Source: Raillietiella orientalis
Lineage: Eukaryota
Reading direction: 5' to 3'
Assembly (NCBI GenBank): GCA_036172245.1
Contig: JAYWIR010000017.1
Coordinates: 2,542,001-2,606,000, forward strand
Length of the DNA: 64,000 bases
Shown here: positions 13,800 through 26,951 of the stretch, piece by piece
Numbering within the stretch: position 1 is the stretch's first letter
Layout: each line of letters begins with the position of its first letter
Translations under genes and position numbers: made by a program
Notes under the pieces: model-generated
What the model saw: the letters and a program-made list of their open reading frames with translations, nothing else
Told to the model about the DNA's origin: nothing
The model's database searches: none

Positions 13800-15200
13800 C
13801 CACCCCCGAGACCTCTGCAATAATTCGGTCTACCTGTCTGTTGATCAAAGCTGACAGTAGTCAGCTTTGATCTCTCGTTCTTCTGAAAGCAATGGCTTTC
13901 CAGTGAACACAAAACCCGGTGAAAGACGAAAGACCTTGATGAGCGGCTCCAGAACATTGCTGAGAAGGGGAGGGGGAATCACCTCCTAAGATACATCGCA
14001 GAAATCATGCAGAAGGAATGGGAACGCAGACATAGGAAGTATGGGGAAATTAAAACCCCAGCCATCATTTGGAAAACCGCCATGGACAGACCAGGCCAAA
14101 GATTTGTCACGCTGCGGAAATGTATATTTCATAGATGAGCAGAAACTTGGAATAGGTGGGAAGATCTTTTGTCAAAACGAGACGACAATTCCGAAGATAA
14201 TTCATTTTAACAGAATAGCGCTTCTGTGGAAGGAAAACTGGAGATTTAAATATTTGCATAAAGAATGGGAAGGGACCTCAAAGAGATCTGTAAGGCCAAG
14301 GAGCGGATCCAGAGGACAGCATCCGAAACCGCAGGCGAAGCGTTATAAGCGGGTGACAAATTTAAGCGATAAAATGAAAGACCTGCTAACAAAAAAAGGA
14401 AATTTCTCTGAATCATAAATTTCGGGTTTCGGATCTCTGCCGCCCTTCGTTGAGAAGGCAGGAAAATTTCAGGCTGCCTGCTCAAGAAGTGATTGATTAG
14501 AAAGTTTCCATTAGCGTTCGGATGCAGCGACGCCGGCGAAGGTGCGCCAAACTCTTGAACTCTCACCGGAGGAAAATAGAAATAAACCACAGTGTGCGGA
14601 CGCCCTACAAAACAGGCGCCTGGTTCAGAAAAGAAGGGCTTCCACGATTCCGCTCAATGAACCACTTCCGGGTTTCCCATTTTTTTTTTTTCTTTTCCAG
14701 CCGACGCTTGAACCTGAAGAGTGGAACTTTCAGAAAGAAAGCTAAGTGGTACACCGCTCATTCTCTACCGATGGTTATCTGGTCTGAACTCGATGCAGAC
14801 TCTGGAGGACGTACCATTTGTCGAATCTTAGAGACTACTGCTTGGACGGTCTTCTGTGAAGAAGGGAAGCAGTCTCAAGATGGCGACGCTATCACTCTCA
14901 GAGAAAAATAGGGAAAGCATCTGACATTCGAAGAATACCAAGAAACTTTGTCTTGCAGCAAAGAAATGAAACTCCAAAAGTGGTCCTTTCCTCCCCCAAA
15001 AATAGTGACACGCTCCATCTGAAACAAAATTTCAAGCAATTGGATGCAGAGCACGAAGATGATGAAACTGATGCTCTTGGAACTGATTTATTTGTTGGCG
15101 CCGATGCGAGAAAGACGAAAGGTAGGGAGTTCTCCGGAGAAAGCAGCCACGATGGATCCTGCCGCATTTCTGGCTCCGCGTACACCTGATGTCCTGAACT
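13800..15200 (+). pseudogene. Decayed SF1 helicase-like gene (Schlafen/DUF2075 plus UvrD C-terminal type)
   Basis: Motifs in the expected order in broken frames: YLSVDQ (LTxEQ-like), KPGERRKTLM (degenerate Walker A, about 13915), VYFIDE (Walker B, about 14125), TKGREFS (motif V, about 15120). Confidence 0.4.
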
Positions 15201-15699
15201 TAAAGACGAGAGGAACGGGTCAAGATGAGAAAGAAATCAGGTCAAGGATCCGCCTCCTTCTCCAGAACTCGGTTGGAACATCTTTCGTTTGGCTGGAATG
15301 GAATGCGCCAAAAACAAAAGCACAGTGAAGCATGGGATGCACCAAAAGGTCGAACACTGACTCATCAATGACGCCGAGACTCACAGAGGCTCTTGCTAGT
15401 TCGGTCAATTCCTCAATCTCTTTTTCTTCCATGGTCCGTGGTCATCAAGGTTCCGACGTGTAGAATACGGAGCGCGCAGGGAGCGACCGAAAAGTGGATT
15501 TTCATCCTAGAGCTGCGCACGCTCAGGGATCCGCTCTATAATAGGCATCCCTCCCTTTCATCAACATGAACTTGGAATTCATCGCAAGCATCGTTCCGGA
15601 AACGGATCCAAAAGAACCGCATTAAAAGGGAAAAAAAAGCTCAGGAGAGGGATTTTTTTTTTTTTTTTTTTTTTTTTACCGCTTCGGCCGCTTCGTCGA

Positions 15700-17450
15700 G
15701 CTGTCCGGCCTCCTCCTGGCGACAGCTGCTCGAGAGCGGGACCGTTTCTTGTCTAGGTGTGGGCTTTGTCAGACAGGTTCTTCTCCGCGGTTCCAACTGT
15801 CAACTTTTCTCCTGGCACGGGGGGGGATTTCCTGCCTACTTAATCTTCGGCGCTGCGCGTGTTTAAAGGTTGGTGGTCTTCTTCTGGAGAGTCGACCATG
15901 TAGGTCTGCGCTCCGTCGGTCAGTCGGAGGGCATCTCGGCTGGAGAATCCACGAGATGTCCCGGCTGTGCTGGATGCTGGACGATGCCATCGTATCGCCC
16001 GAACCGGAATGCGCGTGCGCTCTCGGAATTCGCAGCTCTTGAAGGACACCGTCGTTCCTGGTGCCTCGAGTCCCCAATAACCAGGAGACGATCGAGGGGT
16101 TTGATTTCCCGAGCACGGTAAGGGGTCCGAGTTGGCGGCCGTGTGGCTACGGCGGCCTCCTCGCGTGGTACCAAGTGTTGCGGAGGGACGGACGCCGAGG
16201 AAGGGATGTGCCGTGGGTTTCGAGTCGCTCCCGCCGCAAGACGCTGGTTAGCCTGTAGGCTTCGGGTGCGGCACTGGTGGAAGCTGAAACACTGGACAAC
16301 CCCGATGAGTGGCCGGGATTGGGAGATGACCCTCCAGGGCCCTTTTAGCAATTAAAGAGCCGTCCCCCTCCGGTTATGAAAATAAAACTGTACCATGAAA
16401 TGGTTGATACCATCCTTGGGGGTTGCTAGGGTTGTTTCTCCAGAGTGTTCAGAAGCGCGCTGCTCCCTTCGGAGAGCGATCCTCCAGAGAAATTGGGAAG
16501 CGTCCCTTTGAGATTCTCTTCAGAGAAGGAATCGAGAAGCGGATCCTTTCCGAGTGATCTTCCGGAGAAGAAATTCCAGGAGAGCATCATTTCCGGGTTC
16601 CCTTCGTAGAAGAAACAAGGAATGACCCCTTGGGTCTTTACGGAGAGAATGAAGAAGTTACCTCCGGGGTTCGATTCGGAGACAACCAGGGTGAGGGTCC
16701 TTCGGGGTTCTCTATCCCAAGAGTTAGAGAAACGGACCCCTTCCTCCAAGGCCTTCCTGGATTCATAGGGTGGTCCCTCCGGAGTCATCTTCCAACTCTT
16801 GAAGAGTCAGACGCACCCTCGGGTGGCGTGGCCAGCCTCATAGAGCTTCCTGTGCCCTCCTCAAGGAAGCGAGCGCTTCTTCAGCACTTAGAGAACCAAC
16901 GAAGAAAGGAAGAAAAACAGCCCGAGCATGAAAAGGAAACCACGTGGTCGGGCTCTGATGGCGGAGTCACAATGAGAATCCATTGACTTCTTCAATCTCT
17001 AAATGTACGAGAAGCTGCGCCTTTCACCAACGCGAGCAAGGGGGTGCCGCTGCGTTTCGAGCAGCGGCACCCAGAAGTGCCAGGAAAAGAAATTCCCGAA
17101 TTCTCAAGCGAGAAACACGAATCCTTGGGTGCAATGATGAATGCAGATTCCTGGAGACGCCATTTGACCTGTCCTCCACCCAACGAGTTTGGACCAGAGC
17201 AGTGACCGTAATCGCTTGCACCTTACCGTCACTGCAAAGAATGGGAAGCCCCTGAGAGAACCTTCCTTGCACCAACAACAGGTGAGAACCGTCACAGAGC
17301 GGACGTCCCTGAACAACCACATGGTGCAGCTCTTGAAGTGTTTGGGTCCACCGACTGCATGTATGGCTCATCACTGGAGGAGGTGTGTCGGTCTTCCGAA
17401 TTTCTCTGAGGAACCGGCGATCTCGGAATGGAATGAAGCACGGCCGTAAC
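15700..17450 (+). mobile_element. L1/Tx1-like LINE 5' half: ORF1 with degenerate zinc knuckle, low-complexity tail, then start of the APE endonuclease
   Basis: FPAYLIFGAARV followed by PCRSA..GGHLGW (CCHC-like); then QSLNVRE (SLNVRG motif, about 16993), KRETR (QETH-like) and LLKCLGP (NVYGP-like). Confidence 0.6.
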
Positions 17451-17639
17451 TCATCCACAAGATGCAAGAGCTCTCCCGAAAAGCAGTATCGAATGTTGCG
17501 AAGAGGGCTTCGCGCACTGCCGGCTCGAGGGCATTCGTCTCAGAAGAATTCTGAGGGAAATTCAGCAGCCCCAGCAACGATGCTCGGGATCGTTGGGACG
17601 GTGGGAAGACAGTCTTCTGCCAGGTTTAAGGGCGACCAT

Positions 17640-18900
17640 TGAGGAAAACGAATCGGGAACCACAACTGGGGATACAGTGTTGCGCCAGTGAGTCAGGGAG
17701 GAGTCCTCCAGCTTGCAGCACGAGCCAGCACAAAAAAGGAAGACTCCTTCATGGAGAGGCAACCCGCGTAGCGTCATGCGCTGCGTAGGAGCAGCTTGGC
17801 ACATCAGCGCGTTTCCTCACCAGCGGTAGAACTTCAAGACTCTCCGATTGCAGATTTATTCAGGCGGTACGACCCAATTTGGCTACCTGCATGGACAACG
17901 CCCACCGGGAGCGATGCCGAGGCCGCACGTGCAGGAGAGTGTGGTATGGGAGGAGTTCCTTAACCACGTTTTCAACGGATGGATCTGGAAAGAAAACGAA
18001 ATCACCAAGGGCGGAATCATCATGACGAACTGGTAGCCGGCATCAAAAGAACCACGCAGAAAAAGCGGGAGCGGTGACCTCCGATCAACCTCTAGTCCAT
18101 GAGCAGATTCGAAACTGCGACCGGATTTGAATGCTCCAAGATGACGGGAGGGACGGTTAACGGCTAACAGTAGGGGGTCGCCTGGCTTCCAGAATCCTCC
18201 TTCGTAGCACGGAAGGAGGAAAGGCGAAGAGAGGTTTTCCGCTTTCCCTGCAGAAAAGTAGCTGTACCTGCCACAGAGATCGTCGTGGAACGGGAGATCC
18301 CATTAACATTACCATACCATCAAACATCTCCTATTCTTGGAATCCATAGGCTCCCTTGAGCTATCGATGGGAACATCAAGGAGAAAACGGTGTGGTCTTC
18401 AGCATACGACACCCCAGAACGCTCTACCGGAGGCACAGGTCGGGCCATCTTCCGAGAGAACAGATTGAGGGAGCCTTGAGCGGATGGCAAAATATACAAA
18501 ATAGGGAGGGCAATTAGGCAAGAGAACTGGTGAAGTCTACTGTTGCCCTTGGTTATGTCCTCCGGCGTAACAGCGTAAATGAATTGTTCACGGTCATCAT
18601 GCGTCGATACTGTGACGCAGTCCCCTTTTTCCCTGGACGAGAGGCTAGGCTGCAACCACCAGGATCCACACTGGGCTGCTGGCAAGGATCTCTCGTTGTT
18701 TCTGAGCCTTCTCGACGTAGTTGACCGAGAAGCCCAGGCCCACACGCAACCTGGTTTAGAACCTGCCGGGGTTCTGTACCAGTTCCGTCCCACTGGCAGC
18801 CCAAGATCGTTCTACCGCCTGCTTTGCTGGCTGGCTTTTTGGACAGACGGGAGGCAACACGCCTCGGTCTTTACAAGCGTCTTCTTTCCCCCGGTTCTTC
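17640..18900 (-). mobile_element. L1/Tx1-like ORF2 fragment: degenerate RT core and thumb
   Basis: ORF 18320-18793 carries SLSSREKGD (LDQEKAFD-like), HQFSCLIALPILYIL (QGCPLSPLLY-like) and VSYAEDHTVF (YADD); CGLGI at about 17920. Confidence 0.7.
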
Positions 18901-19029
18901 AAAGCTCCAGATGAGACTCACGGCCACTATTTGCACCTTTGTGAGACTCCTTCCATCCCTCTCATTGTCCACTAGTGAATCTCTCTCTTTCTTCAGAATC
19001 CGGAAGTTCCTTGGAAGAGGGTGTTGGAG

Positions 19030-19900
19030 TTGAGTTGACACCCGTTTACTATGGGGCCTCTATTTATGAAATAAATATACGAGTCAGTGGCAGGACACTT
19101 GGTCCTGCCACGTTACATATGTATACAAAAAGGAACCTGCCGAGAGCCAGCACGCAGGCCGGCGAGGTTCGCCTTGGAAACAGAGGGGGAGAAGGAGGGG
19201 AACAAACAAAAATAAAAATAAAACACAAAATATACATACAAAAAAATTTGGAGGGTTCAAGGAAGGGATCACTGGGTGTTGGAGGGAGTCCTCTGCATCC
19301 TTGAAAAGATGCAGACAAGTTCCTGTTTCACGATCCCCAGATGGGGCCATCTTGAAGCTATCCTTATGAAGAGGAGTGCAAAATAGATGGCATCCCTGTC
19401 GCTGTGCCTTCAGGCAGCCACGATCCCGCTTAGGCAGCAAAGTGACGCTAGGGATGCCGCCGGTGTGAGGACGTCGCGCAGGAAGAGGTGCTTCAGAACG
19501 TCTCTGAGGTTGTCCTCGGGGTTCCGCAGGGACGTGGCAAAGCGCTCCCCCAAAGGAAGGAAGGAAACAATCCATGAGCCTGTGCGGGAGAGACTCCTTC
19601 TCCACACTTGCTGCAGTTGGGGTTCACCTCCTCCCCGCGTCCAATGGTGTCGGCGGGCGTTGCATGGGATGCTCAAATGCAACAGAATGATGTCCGAGAT
19701 GGCTGACTCCCCCACTTAAGGGAGGAAGGTTGCACTGTTCCAGCACGCTGGGGCCACTTCACCTCCTCCGGAGGAATTTGTAGTAGCTCTCCCCAGCGTT
19801 GAAGTCCTTTTGGTGGGATAATCGAGGTGGCAGCGTCCGTCAGCTCCCGAGCTCTCCACGCATCCAGTTGTTGGAGTTGAATGGCTTCGGAGGAACAGTG
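19030..19900 (-). mobile_element. LINE family A 3' end: ORF2 C-terminal CCHC/zf-RVT plus 3' UTR
   Basis: LHLSIPCNARRHHWT...KESLPHRLMDC...LCCLSGIVAA; homologous to ORF 44251-45402. Confidence 0.85.
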
Positions 19901-20395
19901 GGATGTCCTTTTCCGAAGCTCTACACCTAAAGGGGGCATCCTGTCCATCTCGAATCAATCAGACGCGTACTCATCATGTGGTCTTATGCTGTAGACTCTT
20001 CTTCGGAGGGAGCTTCAGCTCTTCTTTCCGATGCTTTGAGAAAGTCTATTGTGTCCGGGATCTGCGAGATTTCCCACCCGAGTCTTTTTTTTCCGCCTCC
20101 GCTTGCGTTGCCTACGCAACGTTGCCCCCTAGAAAGGGACCACGAGGGGGAAGTCAGTTTGCGTAGTTGTTCTCTGAGACCCAAGTGTGGAATCTGGGAC
20201 CCATTCAACCGTGGTGGACGAGAGGCGAGGGCAGAGTGGTGCGAGGCAACGAAACGCAGATCGCAACCGACTTGGATGGACAGCCTCCCAGATCGAATTC
20301 GTCGTGCAGCACATCTCTGTTGGTTTCGGATGCCCGTCCATTTCCTGCCTCCGAGTGAGCTGGCAGATGCATTTACCAAACTTCTGTAACCAAAA

Positions 20396-20418
20396 AGAGA
20401 GAGAGAGAGAGAGAGAGA
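20396..20418. repeat. (GA)n microsatellite
   Basis: Read directly. Confidence 0.9.
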
Positions 20419-21731
20419 AGAGGCTGTTGATCGACAAGTCGACCGAATTGGAAAAATTCCTCCTTTCATTTCTCGTCGGGACTGTGGTACGAAAATAGGA
20501 AAGGTAATGCTTGTAAGTGGATAACTAATTGCATCAATTTTCAGTCCTTGTGTACATAATGGAAATGACTTATACAAAAGAAGCTGAATCTCCATCCAAC
20601 CATCAATCACGGACTTTTTTTTTTCCATTGAGAAAATTATGAGCACGTTAATAGATAAGTAAACCTTGAAAGCCCTTCCATCCTTGCATCACGTAGAGCA
20701 TTGAAATTTTTATTCATTAAATGATCATGTAGGATGATTGATGATTCTTCCCAAGGAATGAGACTTCGGGAACATCTATTTCCGATTCCCAGAGTGATGC
20801 GAGTCTGCCTATCCAGATCTGGTCCCCAAGAGCAGCACATCCGGGGCGCCAGAAGCACAGCCTCGCTTACCGTCGAGAGACAAATGGCGACCGCCGCGAT
20901 CGCGCGTGCATCTCCACGGACGTCATGACTCTTGCTGGCAACTCGTGCGCAGCCGGACGTCCATCTGGTCGCCGCCGCCTTCGTAACGCATCCGAAGACT
21001 TCCTGCGTGCGGGCGTCGCGGGTGAACGCTGTGTGGACTCGGGAATCTCCATCGAGAGGCGCTTCAACGAGTCGGAGGCGAACCGCGCGTGCGCGGTCGG
21101 CGTTCAAGCGTCATGGCACCGCATCCCTTCCGCGGGACACGAAGCGAAGGCGCGGTGCACGAAAAGAGGAGCGCCACGGTGCCATTCGGGAAAAGAAGTC
21201 GCCATTGCTCTCTTTTTTGTTTTTCTTTGAAATTCTCCCCGTGAAAAGAGTGGACCCTTTTCTATTCAGTCCTGGAGCAATTTGTTGGCACCTGAGTGCT
21301 CTCATGCGAGTGCTGACTTTTTTTCCTCTCGGTGGCACTGGCGAGGAGTTCGCAGCTCCTTCGGCGCGAGTTCCCGCGAACCGCGAATGGCCGTTTCCTG
21401 CAGCGCGCCGGCGACGTCTTCACCGGATTCCCATCCCGTCAGGAGAAGAGCGCTCTGCTCCGCTTAATTAAGGGCGACTTCCATCCGCATATATGCAGAT
21501 TAATGGCTTACCCTAGCCGTCGGCAAAAATGTTTCTACACATTTTCAAAGCAGCAGACAAATCTTCATTTCATGCGCCGGCACCATTAATATTCTGGACA
21601 CTGGGTTCCTATGGAAATTAATTATCTTCGCAAGAATCCTCTGTAAAAAAAAAAAAAAAATGACACACAGCGCAAACTACTGGCATTCTTTTTTCTCTTC
21701 CGTCCCCCCCCCTTTTCCTTCCATCTCCATC

Positions 21732-21753
21732 CTCTCTCTCTCTCTCTCTCTCT
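21732..21753. repeat. (CT)n microsatellite
   Basis: Read directly. Confidence 0.9.
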
Positions 21754-22199
21754 AAGTTTTGGTGGTTCATCCGTTACGATAGGTCTGGAGGATTTCCTCC
21801 CTCCTTCCTTCTCGTCACTGCACGCCGCGATGCGCGTACCGTTCGACGAGGTACCTTCCCGTGAGCCAAGATGCGCGCGTCCAGGTGCCAGGAACGGGCG
21901 GGCAGATACGCGGGAGGACCCGCGTGGTGCGACGTGCTCGCATGCGCGCTACCACGCACCCGGAGCGCGCAACTCCCCCACTCTCCCTCCCCCCCCATTG
22001 TGCCAGAGCGCCGCCTCGGACATCCGGACCGAGGAAGCTGGGAAGTCCGCCCGGCGGCAGAGACCAGCTGAAAAGGGTTTTTGACATCCCTGAACATCCG
22101 CGCGCGCGCTCTTGACTCGCTGTGGTTCGCGGCGGGTCCTTGTAGGCGGGAAAGAGGACAAAAAAAACTTCGGGTGGAAAAGGCCCCATCGTGGTGACC

Positions 22200-24060
22200 C
22201 GGCGGAGGAAGAAGCATTCCAGCCGGGATCCACCTCCGAGAAGCAGGCACCACCCTTTATTCGCTCACCGCGATTCTCCTTCTATGGAGCTCTTCCCGAT
22301 CTAGCAGATCCAGGCGACGCGCCCGTCCAAACCTACCTCGACCTTAGGCCACACCCTTATCTCGGTTCAAGGGAGGGAATGGAGATTTCTTTTCCTATAG
22401 TTTTTTTTTTGACGACCCGAGTCGTGCTGATGTCCGCTTCAACGTGGAAGTCACCGCCAGTCTCGCAAAGAATCCACTAGTGGGATGCAGGGCGGCCAGG
22501 TGATCCGAAGATGCGGACGGGAGCGAGGCATTCGGGAAATCGCTCTGCGCGAGGAACAGGGGAGTCAGGAGCAGCCGTCAGTCCGGCAAACCTCACCCAG
22601 GAAGGCAGAGGCCCCCGTGGGGGAGCTTCCGGAACGCCTCCTCATTTCGTAGCTTGGGTCGCCTCAGTTGTCCCTGCCGGCCCTCCTCCGACCCTACTCC
22701 GAGAGAGGTCTCCCGTGGCAGAAGTGGAGCGTTTCCCAAGACCTGCAGCTGGGGGCTGGAGCGCACTCTCCGCTTTCCAGCTGGACGCAAAGGGCGGACT
22801 CTTCTCGGGCAGCTCCGGGGGATATTCCTCGAGACGGAGGACTTCCTCGGTCTTCAACGTCCAATTTGAGGTGCGGAAAGACAGGTTTTCTAGGTGACGG
22901 GCAATCCGGATGAAAGAAGGGTAATGGCGGCGGCGGCAGCAGGAGCAGCAAAAATGAGGGAAAAAAATCTCTTTTTTTTTTTTTTCAATAATAAAAGCAT
23001 TCTCTTCTTGAAGAGCATCTCTCATGCAGCATCCTTGGGCAAGCGCATCATCCGCCAAGTCAAAGGGAGGAGGGGAATGCGAGTGCTCGTCGAACTCATC
23101 CCGCCGTAGCAGCCGTGTGCACACCACAACAGGATGGCGTTAAAGCGGACGGACAGTTCCCCCCTCCCTCCCCATGGCCACGGAACGAATCCACTAGGAG
23201 AATCACCAAGCAGAGGACGCAAACTTCCTCCGGGCGTCGCGAGATCCCTAGAATCGGGACGCCTCGCGAGCGGAAGAATTCCCCTGGAGCCGTCCACCTT
23301 AGCGCGCGCGCGTTGAGGGATGGGAGGAACGGGAGGAGCTCACAGGGGGCTGCGGAAGGTGCCGCCGGAGCCGGAGAAGGCGCAAGGAAAAGAACGGACT
23401 ATCCGGAGCGAAATTAGACTGGCTTCTCCTCCCTCCTCCTCCCCTCTTTGGAGGGGCAAAGGCTTTGAGTGCGAAGATAAGGGGAAAAACGGAACTGCCC
23501 CGCCGCCGCAAATGCTCTTGCAAGAACGGAACTTCAGTTCCCTTCCCCCCCCCCCCCCCCACCTCCAGAAGGAGGCAGGCGAGACGTGGCTTCCTCTGCG
23601 TGACTCCCGCGGCTGTTGCCACCGCGGCGTGACTCGGACTCCCCCTCCCCCCTCCGAAAGCACCACATCGAAAGCGGGGCCGCGCCAGAAAGCACGTGGG
23701 CGGATCAAGGGCGTCCGCTCTCATCCGAGCCCTCCGGTTCCCTTCCGCCAGATTTCTTCCTGTTCGCTCTCCCTAGCCTACTGCGGGAGCATCCGGGGAA
23801 GGGAGAATGTGACCCCAAGACCCCCCCTCCCCCAAATCCCCCCACCGCGCCGCCACGCGCGTCCTGCAAGCGAGCAAAGCCGCCACCTCCCGCGAAGTGC
23901 AAACACCACAGAGATCGGTGTCAAACGGAAGAATGCTGAGAGCTCTGTGTGCGGACGGCCCGTGTCGGGGAACGCCTCAGGGGTGTGGACACGGGCGCAG
24001 AGGGGGGAAAAAAAATCAGACTCCGTTCTTGGAAGGATCCCTCCTCGGACAAGGGAGCAG
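22200..24060 (+). mobile_element. GC-rich decayed segment(s), possibly LINE ORF1 remnants
   Basis: GQVIRRCGRE/HSG zinc-knuckle-like remnant at about 22495-22540; VSNGRML at about 23920; Pro/Ser-rich frames. Confidence 0.3.
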
Positions 24061-24559
24061 TAACATCTCACTGGAAGATGCTTCACAGTTCATCGCGAAC
24101 CCGCCGAGAGTTGGGGGTGAGGGCTGGGAGGGCAGAGGGAGGAAGGGGCAAGCAAACAGAGCGCAGTCTGCAGCTTGAGGATGATTTTCCCTCTCTCTGC
24201 TCTCTTCCTTGAAAATTCTTGACCCGTAAGCAAACGAGCGAAGAGGAGGTCACCCCAGCAGGGAAGACTCCCTCGAAAAGCTCCGCGGGGTAAAAATAGC
24301 GAGCAGAGGCGAAACCTCGGAAGATGCGAGGCACGCTGGGCCGTCCGGGCAAAGCGAGGAAGCGGGAAGCAGCTGCCCGTCCGAAGAGACCCATGTCCTG
24401 TGGCGTTTGATCGAATGCATGAGCCGACTCGCCTCCTTTCTCATTCGGTCACTTGGAGTCCCGGGGAGACCCGTCAGCGACCAGCGAGGACGGCGTTGAC
24501 CGCCCGGTCGACCCGGACCTCGATGCCGATCCCAAGGACGGCCCGCCTCGAACGAGAGT

Positions 24560-24960
24560 CCGCCCCTTCAGGATCAGCACCGGCTCCCTCCCTGTCGCGC
24601 CGCCCCCGTAGCAGTGGCGGTCGGCGACATTGAAGAGGCAGACTGCGATCCCGGAGGGAGGTCGTTTGCAATTGCCGCCGCCTGTAGACGAAGGACGCTG
24701 AAAGAACCGACCCCGTTCGAGGAGGCCAATGAGTCTAGGTGGACGCATTTCATCTCCTCTTCCTTCGGCCGGTCCCACACGGGCCCTCCAGCACTGCTTC
24801 GATCCCCGCTGGACCAGTCCGTTCCACCCCTACTCATTATCTAGTGGACCCCACGCCGCACTCACGTCTTCTGCCTTTTCCTGCTCCCAATGACGTTTGG
24901 TTCCTCCTTGTTTTGACTCTCCCTCATCATGAATTCTTTATTTATTTTATTTTAAATGAA
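24560..24960 (+). mobile_element. LINE family B 3' end
   Basis: Collinear with the reverse complement of 49400-49800 (ttcaggatcagcaccggctccctc; RWTHF.SSF.R.HTGPP) and more weakly with 61560-61700. Confidence 0.75.
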
Positions 24961-26695
24961 CATCCCCTCTCCTCCAAGCTTTGGACGAGGAGCTCAAGCT
25001 GGGGATGACAGCCCTCTCGGAGATGTGTGGTTCAGGCTGTTTTAGAATTCCGACTCAAAGAGGTGATGGTCAGTCACTAAGTTGACCAGGAGGAAATTTT
25101 TTAGTTGCCTTGAGCTACAGGAAGATTTCAAAAGAGAAAAAAAAAAGACGTCTCAAGGCGATGTCGACGCGAAGAAACATCAGAAACATCTCTTCCGGGT
25201 GCATATGTCATGTGGTGCATTTGTCCGTGCTGCGAGGACTTCTCGCTGCAGGCACTCGATCAGTACTTGAGGGAGAAAATCCCCCGTTGAGGTCCCCATA
25301 GATGCGAGCGACAGGGTTTACTGGACGGGCGTTCAGTAAACGTCTTCGTGGCCCGAACGGAAGTTCACACCGTCTCCTGGCAACGGGGGGATCGAGGCAT
25401 CCGCGTTGCCTCTCCCTCTCCGGCTTCATCCTGTGGAAAATGGGATTTCGGGATGATCCCGGAAATGCTGACGGGACGCGCACACAGGAGCATCCCCAGG
25501 AAACAGCCTGCTTCCCCTCCGTCCTCCTTTACTTTTGGCCGTTTTTGCCCCCATGCCGGAAGGCAAAATACCGCTTCGATGTCGGCAGTCCTTCGAAACA
25601 CCGAACCAGATCGCGACCGGATTTCCGGGCCTGACCTGATCTCCATGAGATTCTTTAGAGTGCTTCCTCGTTCCATCCGTTGCATCATGAGCTGAGTTCG
25701 GATCTCGAACGAGGGACTTGGATGCGAGACTGGATGCGAGGCACGATACAGAGTTTCTTTCGTGGTCATCTCAGCTAGAGACTTGCATGCTAACCCTTTC
25801 GGTGCATCCACGCTGATAACCTGAAATCCAAGAAACCAACCGTTTTGGTCCGTCCTGTTCTGGCAATGGTCCGCCGTAAATTGTCATTGCTGTTGATTGA
25901 TGTCGAAAGACCTCGGACCGCTAATGAATGCAGGCATCTCCAATTCTCTCCCGACGATGGAAGCGATGCAGCGTGCAGACTGAGAATGTTCTGCTAAGTA
26001 TGTAGGCGACGCATCACCATCACCATCAAGATCCAAGTTATGTACGTCATTAATCATTTTTAAGTAATTAAATAAATAACAGTTTTCGTCATAAAAGTGG
26101 ATTCGCAACTTGTTTTGGATGCTATTGTTCCCTCTGAGGGCTTTTCCCTTTGGAACTGAATGAAAGGCCTCCAATGCAATCGGTTCTTTTCTTTCCTATG
26201 GGAAATTTTAAGATTGATGATGGGGCCTTTTTGCATTTTTCATGACTCCATTGTGCGCGTCCATCGCCTTTTTTTCTGTAGCAACCACAGTTAACTTTTC
26301 TCTTTTTTTTCCACCAATGGAGATGACGGAGGATGATTTTCTTTGCACAGGAGCGTTCTGCTCAGCTGCTTAAATGCTGCTCCGGTTGCTCTAGTAGCAG
26401 AAATCATCAAGAAACCCGTTTCGAGACAAAAAGGATATGTTAACAGACTCTTTCAAGCTTCTGGCCAGCAAGAGGCTACCTTTGTTCCTTCTCCCTATTC
26501 TTAATGATTCTTTACTGTTTCGAAACTTGAACTCGAGGCTTACACTGGTCAGTTTTCCCTTTCTGTTTTTTGTTTTTTTTTGGCAAGGCCACTAGGGATC
26601 TCACGAAGAGACCGTTACCATTTGGCCTAAGGATGATGGAATCCTGATTTATTTCTGCTGCTTTCCACGTCCTTCCAGTTCTTTTATGTCTTCGG

Positions 26696-26951
26696 TTGGC
26701 CAAGCACGTTGCCCCACCTCCCCTGGTGGGGACATCAGAAAGTCTCGACAACGCCAGCTCTTCTGCTCTCAGGCACCCGAGATGCGTGAGAAGAGGAGAA
26801 AGGGGATTCCGAAGGGACCACTCCAGATTCCAGCTCCGGGTCAAGGGACCGTCCCGGTCACGGATGCATGCGCTCCCTATCCATGCACACCCGAACCATG
26901 GAGCCATCACGCGGATACTCGAAACCCATGAAGCATCCAACTGGACGTCGA
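26696..26951. repeat. Dispersed repeat of about 255 bp, copy 1 (unclassified)
   Basis: Same-strand collinear similarity to 60140-60397 (ttggccaag.acgttgc; gtggggacatc; gctccgggtcaa; catggagccatc; ctggacgtcga). Confidence 0.8.

Noticed and set aside
14041..14418. Tc1/mariner transposase (VYFIDEQK resembles FTDEK)
   Set aside because: No second or third catalytic motifs and no TIRs; the flanking motifs fit a helicase Walker B better.
20637..21471. GC-rich ORFs as a conserved exon
   Set aside because: No recognisable motif in any frame; the ORF lengths are explained by high GC.
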